Part shown: positions 1 through 11,719 of the stretch, piece by piece
Layout: every line of letters starts with the position of its first letter
Position numbering within the stretch: position 1 is the stretch's first letter
Source of the DNA: Chrysomallon squamiferum
Lineage: Eukaryota; Animalia; Mollusca
DNA length: 64,000 nt
Assembly: GCA_012295275.1 (NCBI GenBank)
Contig: CM022677.1
Span: forward strand, 248,001 to 312,000
Direction of reading: 5' to 3'
Notes under the pieces: generated by a model
What the model was told of the DNA's origin: nothing
The model's input: the letters and a program-made list of their open reading frames with translations, nothing else
Databases searched by the model: none
Program-made: the position numbers and the translations under genes

Positions 1-948
1 AAATAAGACATCAAAGAAGACAAACAGTGTAAATATTTAAATTTAATTAATTGTTAATTTAATCAGAAGAAAAAAGATAAATGCAGTTGAACACATTTGA
101 CTTAAGCATGAATACAAAATGAATTAGTACATTTAAATAGCTATATTGTTATTTCTAAAACTGATTAATAAACCTGATATAATTAATAAGTAAAACCATT
201 TTGAGAACAATGTAAAGTTAATGAAGAAATAAAATGTGGGAAGACAAAACAAAATATGTTACTGATCAATGAAAACACAACATATACTATATCCTTTTAC
301 AATCCTTCTCAGGGCTTTTGCTTTTTGTTTTAAAGAAAAACAAAATTGTTGATATTTTCTAGCTATCCATTATTATTTATAGTCCAGATAAGATGGAAAC
401 ACATGAGTGAGACCTACTAAAAATAAAAAAGTAAAGTGCTGCAATCCACAGAAGCTTGGAATTTCCTAAACAAACAGTTCTACAGATTTCCTAAAATCAC
501 TCATCTAGATCCATTACTAAAATACACCATTAATGTAAATGAAATAACAATAAATCATTTCTTGATCATATTTCAGAATCTGAATAAAACAAAGTTGAAC
601 TTAAAAATACTGAAACATAAATAAATCCTAGTGAAAACATTAAATTATCTCTCAAAATGCTCTTTTATATATTACATGCAAATAGTAATAAATACAAAAT
701 ACAAAATAAAAGATTATACTTTATAAGTGCAGATCACTTAATAACTCAAAACAATATTATTTGCTTGAGTATTATTTTGAATAGATTACTCACCACCAAA
801 CATAAAACTAATCTTTATGACATTCTTGTCACTGTAGGAGCAACACACATAAACTAGGTGTGTACCTTGTACTTGGTACAGGGCTGGGAGACCTACTGCA
901 CTGGGGTAACAGTGATTTACAAAATAAAATACCAAAATGGCTTTTCTA
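1..948 (+). repeat. Segmental duplication copy, near-identical to 28425-29402; older partial copy at about 52030-52370
   Basis: Long shared strings, e.g. cagaagaaaaaagataaatgcagtt and cttgtcactgtaggagcaacacacataaactaggtgtgtaccttgtacttggtacagggctgggagacc (about 824-893 vs about 29277-29345). Confidence 0.95.
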
Positions 949-950
949 TT

Positions 951-1813
951 AGTAGTCTGCATAGAATATCAGCTCAGACAGTGCGCAATCGTATTCAAGC
1001 CAGACAGCCTGTAAGAAGAGTGGTTTTGACTCAACAACATCGTTGACTATGACATCAGTGGTGTCAATGTCAGATCTGGCCTCAGTTACGATGGAGAACT
1101 GTCTGGTTTAGTGACGAGGCTTGATTTCTGCTTCGTCGAGCTGATGGAAGATGTCGAGTTTATAGACATCGTGGTGAACGTTTTGCTGCAAACTGCATAC
1201 AGGAAGCAGACAGATTTGGCGGTGGTAGTTTGATGGTGTGAGCAGCAATCTCATACACTGGCAGGACCAACCTGGTTCACATCCAAGGCAACTTAATGGC
1301 ACAGAGATACCGAGATGAAATTTTGCAGCCATATGTCACTCCAGTTATGAATAATGGTACACTGTATTCCAGTACAACAATGCGAGACCACATACAGCCA
1401 GACTCACTACAGCGTACCTACACAACAATAATATTCAGGTCCTGCCCTGGCTCTCTAAATCTCCGGATTTGAACCATTATGAAAATGTATGGGATGAGTT
1501 GGATAGACAACTGAGGCAGATAAACCACAGCCACAGAATCGTGCTCAGTTGGCATTATTACTACAGACATAGTGGGCCACCATTCCACATTACTGCCATG
1601 GGAAGGAGATGTCAGGCAGTTCTGGACTCCCATGGCTAGCACACAAGGTATTGCTATTATACTGTTATAAGCTTGAACTTTAACCTTTTCAATATGAATA
1701 AATTGTGAAAGTGTGTGTAAAATCTGAACATTCTGCAGCTTTCTGTTGATCCATTAGATAGATATTCCCAATGTCAATAAAATCTACTTTTGCATTTCTT
1801 TTTCGTTAGAGTA
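951..1813 (+). mobile_element. Tc1-family (Tc1/mariner) transposon remnant, 5'-truncated, with degenerate transposase and probable right TIR
   Basis: Translation gives ISAQTVRNR...WRTVWFSDE..F...DGRCRVYR...GGGSLMV*...(frameshift)FQYNNARPH...VLPWLSKSPDLNHYENVWDEL, the Tc1 DDE motifs, with stops and a frameshift. TIR-like end tgcatttctttttcgttagag followed by TA at about 1791-1813. Confidence 0.93.
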
Positions 1814-2259
1814 TATTATAATTTAGAAAATTCACTTTTCTTTTGAAAAGCAAGTGACTGTCATGAACACAATTAAAAACTAATTATTTGCTTGGACAGG
1901 TATACACTTTTAAATGAGGTAATAAGAATAACAAATAATAATAAAAATAAACAGCCATTTATAATATTTATTCAAAAACTATTTATAATCTGTTTTTCCA
2001 AAATACAACATTCATAAATGTTGTGTCACCAGATTTTTCACCAATTAATTTTTAAACTTTCAAATGAAAACAAAATAAAGCAGACTATTCTGGCAAGTTC
2101 AAAACAAAACCTCTAGTACAAATATAAGCTAAAAAGAAATGAAAAAATGCTAATGGAAGTATGAAAAAAATGCTAAGTCATCAAGCTATTTTTATACTAC
2201 AGTTACTTTACTTATTATTACAGACTCTTCTTGCTCTAATCTGCTTTTCTTATTCTTAG

Positions 2260-3907
2260 TATTGCGAAGAACAGCTCTGTGAGAAAGGCTAAGAGGTTTG
2301 TACACTTTCTCGTGTGTACAGGAGATCCTCATAGGTGAAATGGAAAAAGTTGATGGGAAGATGCCGTTCCCAGAATGTTTAGATGGTTATATAAAAAATT
2401 AGCTATTCCTAACCCATCTTTCAAACTTATATCTGAAGAAAACATATAATGATGAGGCAATTAATATTTAATAATAAATAATACAGTAAAACAGGTTAAG
2501 AAGGATCATAAGGATGTAACAACTGACAGACAGACAGAGAGAGAGAGAGATCAAAATATAAAATTAAAAATACCCCCAGTAACCCCCACTCCTCTCTTAA
2601 CTAGATACTAAGAGTCATAAATTTACTTTATGCTAATTTTAAAGTTGTTATGTGATTTATTATTTTATTTATAAAAAAATGTGTTATTTAACAAACCATG
2701 AAAACTAGACACTTCAAACAGCTGCAGCACGTCCATCTCCTACATCTTTTAGTATGTCTGTCATCACAGGAACAGTCACACTGTCTGAAAGGCTGGCAGT
2801 TTCAATCTGGTGACTGGAACACTAAACATTTTAAAATACTCACAAAGTATGATGCGTCTTTCTTTTTTCTTTTTATAAATATTGAAATTTACCACACAAT
2901 AATTACATTTATATGAATGTAAGTATATCTGTGTGTTGGGGGTAGATGAGACAAATGTACATGGTATAAAGTGTAGTGTGTTGCAAGATACTAATATAAT
3001 GTGTATGTATATGCATGTCATTGTTTGTGTGTGTATGTGAGTGTGTGTATGTGTATGTGCAATGTACTTATAAATATATTATTTACAAACTGTAACTTCA
3101 TATATTAAATTAAATTAAATTTCATTAGATTTATAATAATAAGAAATATATAAGAAATCAAACTCAAATTCACCTGCCCAGATTTTTTCTTTTGTGATGC
3201 AGCAGTACAAACTTTATTTAACCAGAAAATAATTGTGTTCTCAGTGCCTGATGGAAGTTCACTGGCTGTGTTAAAAGTTGTAATTACTCTGAAAGATTTA
3301 AAATTGCTTGTTCAAAATGCTGAATTTAAAGTCTGATGTAAATTATACAAAATATGCACCCCACACATCATTATCATTCTCCCTCTCTGTCTGACTCTCC
3401 ATTCCTTCATCCTCTCTCTCTTTCTCTCATACATTCATACCTTTACATGTGTAACTATAAATATTCTCCTTCTTTTCAGCTATTTGTTAATAGTCAAAGC
3501 AGAAGGATGAATGTTTTTAAATACTTTCTTTATTGGTAGCATACCATTATAATTTATATATGGATCTTTTAAAGTCTGAAACCATCCATTTAAATAATAA
3601 CATTTTACTTACATAGGTAAAAACATAATTCAGTATATACACTAGAACTGAATATTTACCATATATTGTCCAAATTATAAAAATAAAGAAACTAAATAAA
3701 CTTTAACACAGACAAACTCATTTTAGTCAAGGAAGATTTTTTTTTTTTTTTTTAGTAATTAACAATATAACAAAAAAGTTAAAAATAAATAAATAAGTAT
3801 AAGTATAAATAAGACAGTATACCTGATGGTTTGGACAGCACATTCTACTGAAACAACTTCACTGACATATGCCACCATCAGCACATCAGTTGAGCTAAAT
3901 GTGCATA
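2260..3907 (-). pseudogene. CAMSAP: Unprocessed CAMSAP/patronin fragment (N-terminal and CH domain), 4 exons: 3823-3907, 3174-3288, 2697-2821, about 2260-2432
   Basis: AG acceptors on all four exons and GT donors on the first three. Translation: YAHLA(fs)DVLMVAYVSEVVSVECAVQTIR / VITTFNTASELPSGTENTIIFWLNKVC / SVTVPVMTDILKDVGDGR / DISLKDGLGIANFLYN(fs)FWERHLPINFFHFTYEDLLYT(fs)LLAFLTELF. This matches the recalled CAMSAP1 sequence AHMAMVDALMMAY..., ELPYDLEDAMVFWINKV, PLLEDLMRDGSDG, DICLKE...SLYN...LEDMLY...FIAELF. Confidence 0.88.
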
Positions 3908-4008
3908 CTGAAGAAAACAAAATAAATAAATAAATTAAAATTATAAATAAATAGCAAATATTTCTGTTATTATTAACTAATTAAAACATAAATTGTACTG
4001 GTATCAGT

Positions 4009-4208
4009 NNNNNNNNNNNNNNNNNNNNNNNNNNNNNNNNNNNNNNNNNNNNNNNNNNNNNNNNNNNNNNNNNNNNNNNNNNNNNNNNNNNNNNNNNNNN
4101 NNNNNNNNNNNNNNNNNNNNNNNNNNNNNNNNNNNNNNNNNNNNNNNNNNNNNNNNNNNNNNNNNNNNNNNNNNNNNNNNNNNNNNNNNNNNNNNNNNNN
4201 NNNNNNNN
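4009..4208. other. Assembly gap (200 N)
   Basis: Run of N. Confidence 1.
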
Positions 4209-4552
4209 GTAATAAACCAGTTACGATTAATACATTATTAAATATTTTTCAATATTTTAGACTTCTCATAATAAAATCAAAGATATAATTAATTATAAAA
4301 TTCTCTTGGAATATTACCGTAACCTGGCACCTTTCCACCTGATAATCCTATTTTAATGTTAATGTTTTCGTGGATGGCGTCATAATGGCGTTGTTCTTAA
4401 TGTCATAAGATAAATTATGAGAGATTTTATTATATCAATTAAAATTATTATTAGATGTTTTATGTTGCTGAGGATGGCAACATTTTAAGTAGGGAAGTGT
4501 GTAGAATAGAGAAATAATAGCCATTGCTTCCTATTCTGTAAAGGTCAGATTA

Positions 4553-4764
4553 TGTAACGTGTTAAAGTAATTAGTGGGGAGTAAGTGCTAGCAAGATAGA
4601 GTAAGATGTCTGCCTCCTATTGGGAACTTTCATGTGACATGACCATATATGGCAATTTCTGCCTGGAATTTTTCGGGTGACGTTCTCAGAGCAAAATGTT
4701 TCTCTTTGGCCTTGAACATTGCAGGACTTAAACTATTGCTAGTGAAGGTGGCGCCACTGGTATA

Positions 4765-4806
<42 letters not shown>

Positions 4807-5070
4807 TTTGTGTGTGTTTTGTATTGGTTTGATGTTTTAGTTTGGAACTGTAGAATTTTTTATGATTTGTTTTTAATGAACCTGGTCAATTTGTTCTCCT
4901 TGGAGACGCCATTGTTACTATGTTGTAAATGTTAACATTGCTATATCAGGAATTACCTAGTATTAAAGCCCTTTAATTGGAAACCCCATCTTGTTTGTTT
5001 ATTCCTTAGACAGTTAGCTAAGAGAACCGCTTGCTTCCACCCTCCGTTACATTTGGTGTCACAAGTGGGA
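4553..5070 (+). mobile_element. LTR (4553-5051) of a Gypsy-type retrotransposon plus tRNA-Leu primer-binding site (5054-5070)
   Basis: Termini TGTAACG...CGTTACA (7-bp inverted repeat) and an internal ATTAAA. Immediately followed by TGGTGTCACAAGTGGGA, one mismatch from the tRNA-Leu(CAA) PBS TGGTGTCAGAAGTGGGA. Confidence 0.85.
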
Positions 5071-7114
5071 CTATAAGGCGGTTAGGATTAAACTGGTATT
5101 TGGAAATAGGTGAAAGACAACCAATACCCTCACCTGACCAGGCCTACAGAAGATTTGATGTTGATGATTATGCGAGACTACATGTTTGATGACACAAGAT
5201 TCCTAACTGAAGAGAGATACCTGATGTACATGATTCCAATCTGATAAAAAAACATTTACCTTTTTTTTTCACGTGAAGACTGAATGAAAATAGTAATAAT
5301 AACATGTTTATTAGGATGTCAGCATTCACGTTAATATTAAGTTTAGAGGATGCTATAACTATTGATAAACATTACTTCAGGTCTACCTGTAGTTTAGATT
5401 GCGTAGCATATGCCATTGACTAATAGTTCATAAGTTAATAAGTTTCCTCAAGAGCACTTATTTTGATAATTATGCCTACCAAAACCAGCAAACTGTAAAG
5501 AAGTCAGAGCTAGAGGAGGGGGTATTATTTTTCTTTAAAAATAGAGAAATCAATTAATGTGCTTTTTTTAACGTGTTCATTTTATATATATATATATATA
5601 TATATATCAATAATGTCCTTTTTTAAATTAATAACACTGCATTTTATTTATTTTTAAAAACAAAGAAAAAACTCATACATATAAATTTATATTCAGCGAA
5701 AAGAGTGGTGCGATTTACACGTGAAATTTTACTACAGTTGATATGGGTAACTGTAAGTGATAACAACGATGATATTTACTCATACAGAAAACCCGAGTAT
5801 TGAGAAATACAGAGTGTACACCAGAATCTTGCTACATCGCAGTTCTAAAATGTGCTCCAGTTTTGTTTATTATCTTATAAGTGGATTTGTGTCAGCATGG
5901 TCCAGCATGCTTCGGTAGTTATAAAGATTTGTTCGGTATCATTCGTCATTTTCCGGCTGCGAACGCAATCGCATGTAAAATTATTATTATGATACAGCTG
6001 AATGACAAAATTAGTATATTTTTATATTGTCTTCGCCTCAGAAAATGTTTATAAAGGGTTGTCATTTATTTATTTATTGAAACTACTGTCGTAATCGAGA
6101 CCTGTCTTCAACTCGCACCAGACCGTTTTACTCTTCAACGATGACGTTGTATAACAATAAATGTTCGCTTATTAATAATATTATTATTTATCTTCAAAAC
6201 AGAAATCCTACTTTTAGAAACTTGGGTCATGGTGTAAGATTCTAATCATGTTTATGTAAATAATTTTCAGTTTCATAAACAATGGAAGTTTACTAAACAT
6301 TTCTTTCTTTTTCTTTACAGTAAAGTAATACATCTCAGTTTGAAAATATTTTACGGCTTATAAATGTATTTAAAATTACTATGGTGTGTGTGTGTGTGTG
6401 TGAAGTTAATATATTTTCTTTCATTTTAATTTTATTTCAATTTTTTCAACGAATAGTGAACATTATTCTTTTATTCTTTTACATTATTTTCATTTTTCAT
6501 TTACATGGTATTCATTTTATTGTCATATTTTTTCTTTTCTTTTCTTGTCCTCTTTTTCTAAATGAACCAAAACGGATAATGTATTTGAATCTACATTTGC
6601 TGAAAAACAACTAGACAGACAGACAGAAACGTTTATCCATATGTTTAAATAAAATATATATTTTGATGGATTAAATAACTATTTTTAAAATGTTAGTTCA
6701 ATTAATAAATTAATAAACTATAATTATGTCTTTTGAAAAATAAACGTTACTAGTGTAATACTATCTCCCATGCACATGCGCAGTCTATTTAGATCTACGT
6801 CACCCGATTTAATTTCGGGTATAAATAAAACATTTAACGATTTTACGTCAGTTGACATTTGAATGCCAATATCAGGTCACATTTGTTTTTATTATTATTT
6901 TTGTTTTAAATAAATGTATTGTTAGCAATTTAATTTTTATAATTGATTATAATCAATAATAGTAGTTAACTCTATATTTAATTAGTATTAATAAAATATT
7001 ATCGTTATAAATAATTATTGTGCTATAAGAAGAGCAATTCCAAACTGAATTCGAATAAAATCGTATAAAACTTTCATATTATTTTAATTTTATATTTATT
7101 ATTTATTCATTCTT

Positions 7115-7145
<31 letters not shown>

Positions 7146-7254
7146 TTATTATTATTATTAGTAGTAGTAGTAGTATTAGTAGTAGCAGCAGCAGTAGCGT
7201 TAGTATTATTTTAATCTGAGCATCTGATGTATGTCATTTTACGGGAGTTTATTT

Positions 7255-7312
7255 CCGGAAGTTTATATACAAACTAACTGAAAAGTACTCTAAATAACGG
7301 AGTCTCGCGAAA
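7255..7312 (+). promoter_or_regulatory. Candidate promoter for the RING gene: ETS site CCGGAAGT (7255-7262) and TCTCGCGA BANP/Kaiso-like motif (7303-7310)
   Basis: Motifs lie in a short CpG-rich patch. Candidate donors follow (ttttg|gtaaag about 7367; ttcag|gtaaat about 7777), and an acceptor ttactgcag ends at 9219, 13 nt before the ATG. Confidence 0.4.
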
Positions 7313-9232
7313 TTTGCCGAGTCCTGCCGGTCAATACAAACATATTTACTGGGCGAGACCATTTTGGTAAAGGTTTTCTTTACTGATGAAGAAGAAATCA
7401 AATAATTCTGAAGACATTATTTTAAAACGCAATTAGGAAATTCCATCATGAAATAAATTTAAAAAAACAACAACAAAAAAACAAAACAACTATAATAATA
7501 TTATTATTTAAAAAATAAAATAAATAAATAAATAAAAGTAAAAAGAACAAACCAAAAATAAATCATAAAAATAATCATATTAATAAAAAAAAAATGAAAT
7601 AAATAATTGAAATATGAAGTAAATAGATTAAAGAAAAGAAAAGAAATGAAATGAACATTTACTTGTTTGCGCACCGTGAAACTGCTGTCCGTGGACATAT
7701 TATATCAAACAAATAAAAAAAAAAACATAGAAAATTTAAAACTGTTATTTTTATCCCAGACGAAGCAGTAAGTTCAGGTAAATTTAGTATTTATTTATTT
7801 ACATCTATTTTTATTGTTACAATTTCAAATACATGGATTATGCTTTCTTATCCAGGAATACGTAAAGCAAAACATTTTATAATTATAAGGAATCCTGAGT
7901 CAGAAATTATATAACTACCAAAAGTCAATTATGTGATTTTATTTTTGTTTGTAAATGTAGTAACACTCTATGTGAACAGAGGCAAAGAAATTTATCTGGT
8001 ATGAAAATTACCAGTTGTGTTGTGTGTTTGTGATTAAATGAAACAAAATAAACTGACAAACAAACACAATAAAATAATGTAAGGAAAAAGAGGAAAAAAG
8101 ACAAATTACAAAATAAGCTGATTATTTAAAATAGATTTTTGCATTTCTCTATGTATCTGATTGTATGACCTCTTAATCTAATATATATGTGTGTGTGTGC
8201 GTGTGTGTGTGTGTGTATGTGCGTGCTTGTATCTTTATCGTTATGTTTATTTCACGAATGTTACAAAAATAATCACAATATCATAAGTATCTTTGATTAT
8301 GTTTCTGCAAGTGTGTATTGGTTATTAATTAAAACAAAAAACCCAAAACCAAACAAAAAATAAACAACATAATTATATTAATGAAGTTATGAATTTTCAA
8401 AGATATATATATATATATATATTAATATCAAATGAATGATTTTGCCAACTTTGTATGTAAATATTCTTAGCAGAGTTTGGAACACACAGTATGACATATT
8501 ATGAAACAAGCCTATAAAAAGATTTCTTCAAAATGGCAATATTAAAAAAACAAAAACTTTGGAACAATTTGACTGACAATTTTAAATATAAAAAGTTAGG
8601 TATAACTTTAGTCAACCTTGTATTTCCTAAACTGAAAATCACTTTTCAGTACCTAACAATTCCTCCAACGACAAAAAGCAACAAGAACAATAATATAGAT
8701 AAAGAAAAAGTAACACTGATAATAACAATAACTGAAATAAAAATATAAGTTTTAAAAGCTATGACATAATAAAACAGCAACAAATAAAATAAAATAAAAA
8801 TAAATAAATAAAATAATAAATTTCATGTTATGAAATCACATCACATATAAACCTTAAATATGTGTGTGTGTGTGTGTTTGACAATAGATTTTAATTTATT
8901 TTGAATGTATTTTTAAAATCACCATCCACAAACAATTTAAACCCTGTACACATGTCATTTTAGATGCGAAACTCACATTATGTAATAAATTCATGCAAAG
9001 TTCCAAGCTATATGTTCATTGTGTGAACATTAGCCCTGCTTGTAAAATCCTTGTGCAAAGATTAACGTTAGTGAAACAAACAGATAAAACGTATAAGTAA
9101 AAACATTTACTGCCATAAAAAATAAAATAACAATAGATATAGTTCTAACAACAGAAATAAAATTAGTAGATATTTTTGGATTATATATAATTTTGTTTTA
9201 TCCTACAATGTTACTGCAGTTATCAATACGAA

Positions 9233-9904
9233 ATGGGAGAAGCACAGAAACGAAAACCACAGGATGATGGGTGCCCGAAGAAGCCTCCAAAAGTGCGAAA
9301 GATTTCCGAACGTGACCCTGGAGAAACATCACGTAGAGGACCAGGGACATCAACATCTAGGAAATGGAAAGCACAGGATGATGGGTGCCCGAAGAAGCCT
9401 CCAAAAGTGCGAAAGATTTCCGAACGTGACCCTGTAAAAGCAGTATGTGGAGAAAGACCAGGGATGTCAACATCACCATCACCCAGCACTGCTGAATCAA
9501 CACAACAGCCTGAATCAGATAAGTCACCTACTTGTTCTTTGTGTTCAGAAGAATTTTTAGATAAGTGTCATGCAGACTCGTGTTTACATGAATTTTGTTT
9601 CAGCTGTTTGGAGAGGTGGTCTAGATACAGAAGAAATTGTCCAGTTTGCTCTGCAAGATTCACCGCCATCGTGTACAACTTAAGAGATGGAAACTGTGAG
9701 ATGTACACATTGCCACCTCTCAGAGTCAAAAGGGTCAGAAGAGTCAGACGACATTCTCCAGCTGGACCCATCAGACGTATATTTACGTATATCGGTCGTA
9801 CATTTACCTTTATTAGTCGTATATTTACTTCTCTGTTGTGGAAAATCTTATTTGTTCTAATCGAATTTTGTCTTCTGATAGGTCGTTTACTAGGATATGC
9901 GTAA
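9233..9904 (+). CDS. Topors/ICP0-type C3HC4 RING finger protein (putative E3 ligase), 223 aa, with a duplicated basic N-terminal unit and a hydrophobic C-terminal tail
   Basis: CSLC..CLHEFCFSCLERWSRYRRNCPVCSARFTAIVYNLR resembles Topors CPIC..CLHKFCFRCVQEWSKNKAECPLCKQPFDSIFHSVR. Uninterrupted ORF. Exact 63-bp repeat at 9258-9320 and 9372-9434. Confidence 0.8.
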   Translation: MGEAQKRKPQDDGCPKKPPKVRKISERDPGETSRRGPGTSTSRKWKAQDDGCPKKPPKVRKISERDPVKAVCGERPGMSTSPSPSTAESTQQPESDKSPTCSLCSEEFLDKCHADSCLHEFCFSCLERWSRYRRNCPVCSARFTAIVYNLRDGNCEMYTLPPLRVKRVRRVRRHSPAGPIRRIFTYIGRTFTFISRIFTSLLWKILFVLIEFCLLIGRLLGYA

Positions 9905-10540
9905 TATTAGAAACCTTACAACGTTCTCTAGGTGTATTGCTTTAACTTCAGCTGGCATCCTTCTGTCATTTTTTTATTTTATGATGATGATAGTAACAGT
10001 AATAGAGACAGACATTTATTTGTAAAATATTTATTTGAAGTTGGTAATATCTGCAGTGATAATAACATTCTGTCCCTTTTGCTCCAGCATATCAGTGCTA
10101 TAGGAGATTGTGTTGATGATGTTGATGATATTGACGTGAAGCTGTTTATGCTCCTTGCAGCTCCATAACCCTTGAGAGGTGGGCTCAGGTTTGTATTGTT
10201 TTTTAATTAATAAGTACTAACATGCAACCAAAATACTAACAATTAACATGAATACTAACCATTAACCAGGTAGTAAACTTTATATAGAGACACACACATA
10301 CATCCATACAGACACATACGAATATCCATACAGACAGAACACACACAGACCTACACTAACATATATACAAACATACACTCACACACAACCATACTAACAT
10401 TTAGCAAATACTAACCTTAACCAATTAGTTACAATTACTAATAATTACCATACTTATCTGAATATGTGTATAAACACAAACACACACATCAACACACACA
10501 CATTCCCATACACACATATTATTTTACATTTAAAAGAAAT

Positions 10541-10908
10541 TCTAACTATTAACCAAATACTGACATTTATCAAATACTAACCATTAACAAAATAGTAACC
10601 ATTAACCAAATACTAACATTTAACAAATACTAACCATTAACCAAATACTAATATTTAACAAATACTAACTATTAACAAAATACTAACCATTAACCAAATA
10701 CTAATGTTTAACAAATACTAACCATTAACCAAATACTAACTATTAACAAAATACTAACCATTAACCAAATACTAATTTTTAACAAATACTAACCATTAAC
10801 AAAATAGTAAACATTAACCAAATACTAACCATTAAGCAAGTACTAGCATTTAACAAATACTAACTATTAACCAAGTTCTAAATTTAACAAATACTAACCA
10901 TTACTAAC
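10541..10908. repeat. 17/18-bp minisatellite, consensus TACTAACCATTAACCAAA, about 20 units
   Basis: Directly visible tandem array, with scattered units also at about 10210-10430. Confidence 0.92.
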
Positions 10909-11048
10909 ATCCCCTACGTGTACTGAACCTCACCGTGGTGTAGGGGTGGCAACATTTCCAAAGGGAATGGCTAATTAGTACATTAATATAACATTTAATT
11001 GGTTAGAGAGATAGACAGATTGATAGATTATGATAAATAGATTTACCT

Positions 11049-11370
11049 ACATAGGGTATTGCTACGTTTTCTAATTTTGAATACAGTGCTATTGCTTTGA
11101 AAGCCCTTTCTATATACAGACATACAGACAGACCAACAGAGTATAGACAGAAGTGTATGTACTTAAGAATAAGTTATGACTTATAAATATTTCCCTCTGG
11201 CTTTCTTACTCTCTGTGTCACTCCCCAGATAACTCTAATTAGTTGGATTATTTCATTTTACCAGATATTAATTGATAATTAAGTATTACCGGTTCTGTGA
11301 TTAATGTGCTCTTTAACACAAACTGTTACAGACATCTTTGTATCTTATAGTAATAATAGATGACGACTAT
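11049..11370 (+). repeat. Dispersed duplicate of about 18190-18510
   Basis: Shared string ccaacagagtatagacagaagtgtatgta..taagaataagttatgac..ataaatatttccctctg. Confidence 0.9.
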
Positions 11371-11595
11371 TAACCTATAATGTGACAAGCATTATAATAA
11401 ATGTATTCATTCACAGAGCACGTAAATACCACCTATAATGTATTGAAAATGAATAAATATTAAAATAAAAGATATAATGGTTTCAAGTATTGTTTTACAA
11501 CAACGTACTCAGCACTGTCCACTGTGGAGTTTTAGCAGAGTAACGTGTCCAAGTCATGGTGAAATGAGAATATTCACCCACCAGCCTCACTGAAA

Positions 11596-11662
<67 letters not shown>

Positions 11663-11719
11663 TATTATTATTATTTTCTATTTCTGGATGTTTCGAAATA
11701 ATATCTGCAAAAATAAATC

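Noticed and set aside
3993-4241. 82-aa ORF
   Set aside because: Artefact of the N gap.
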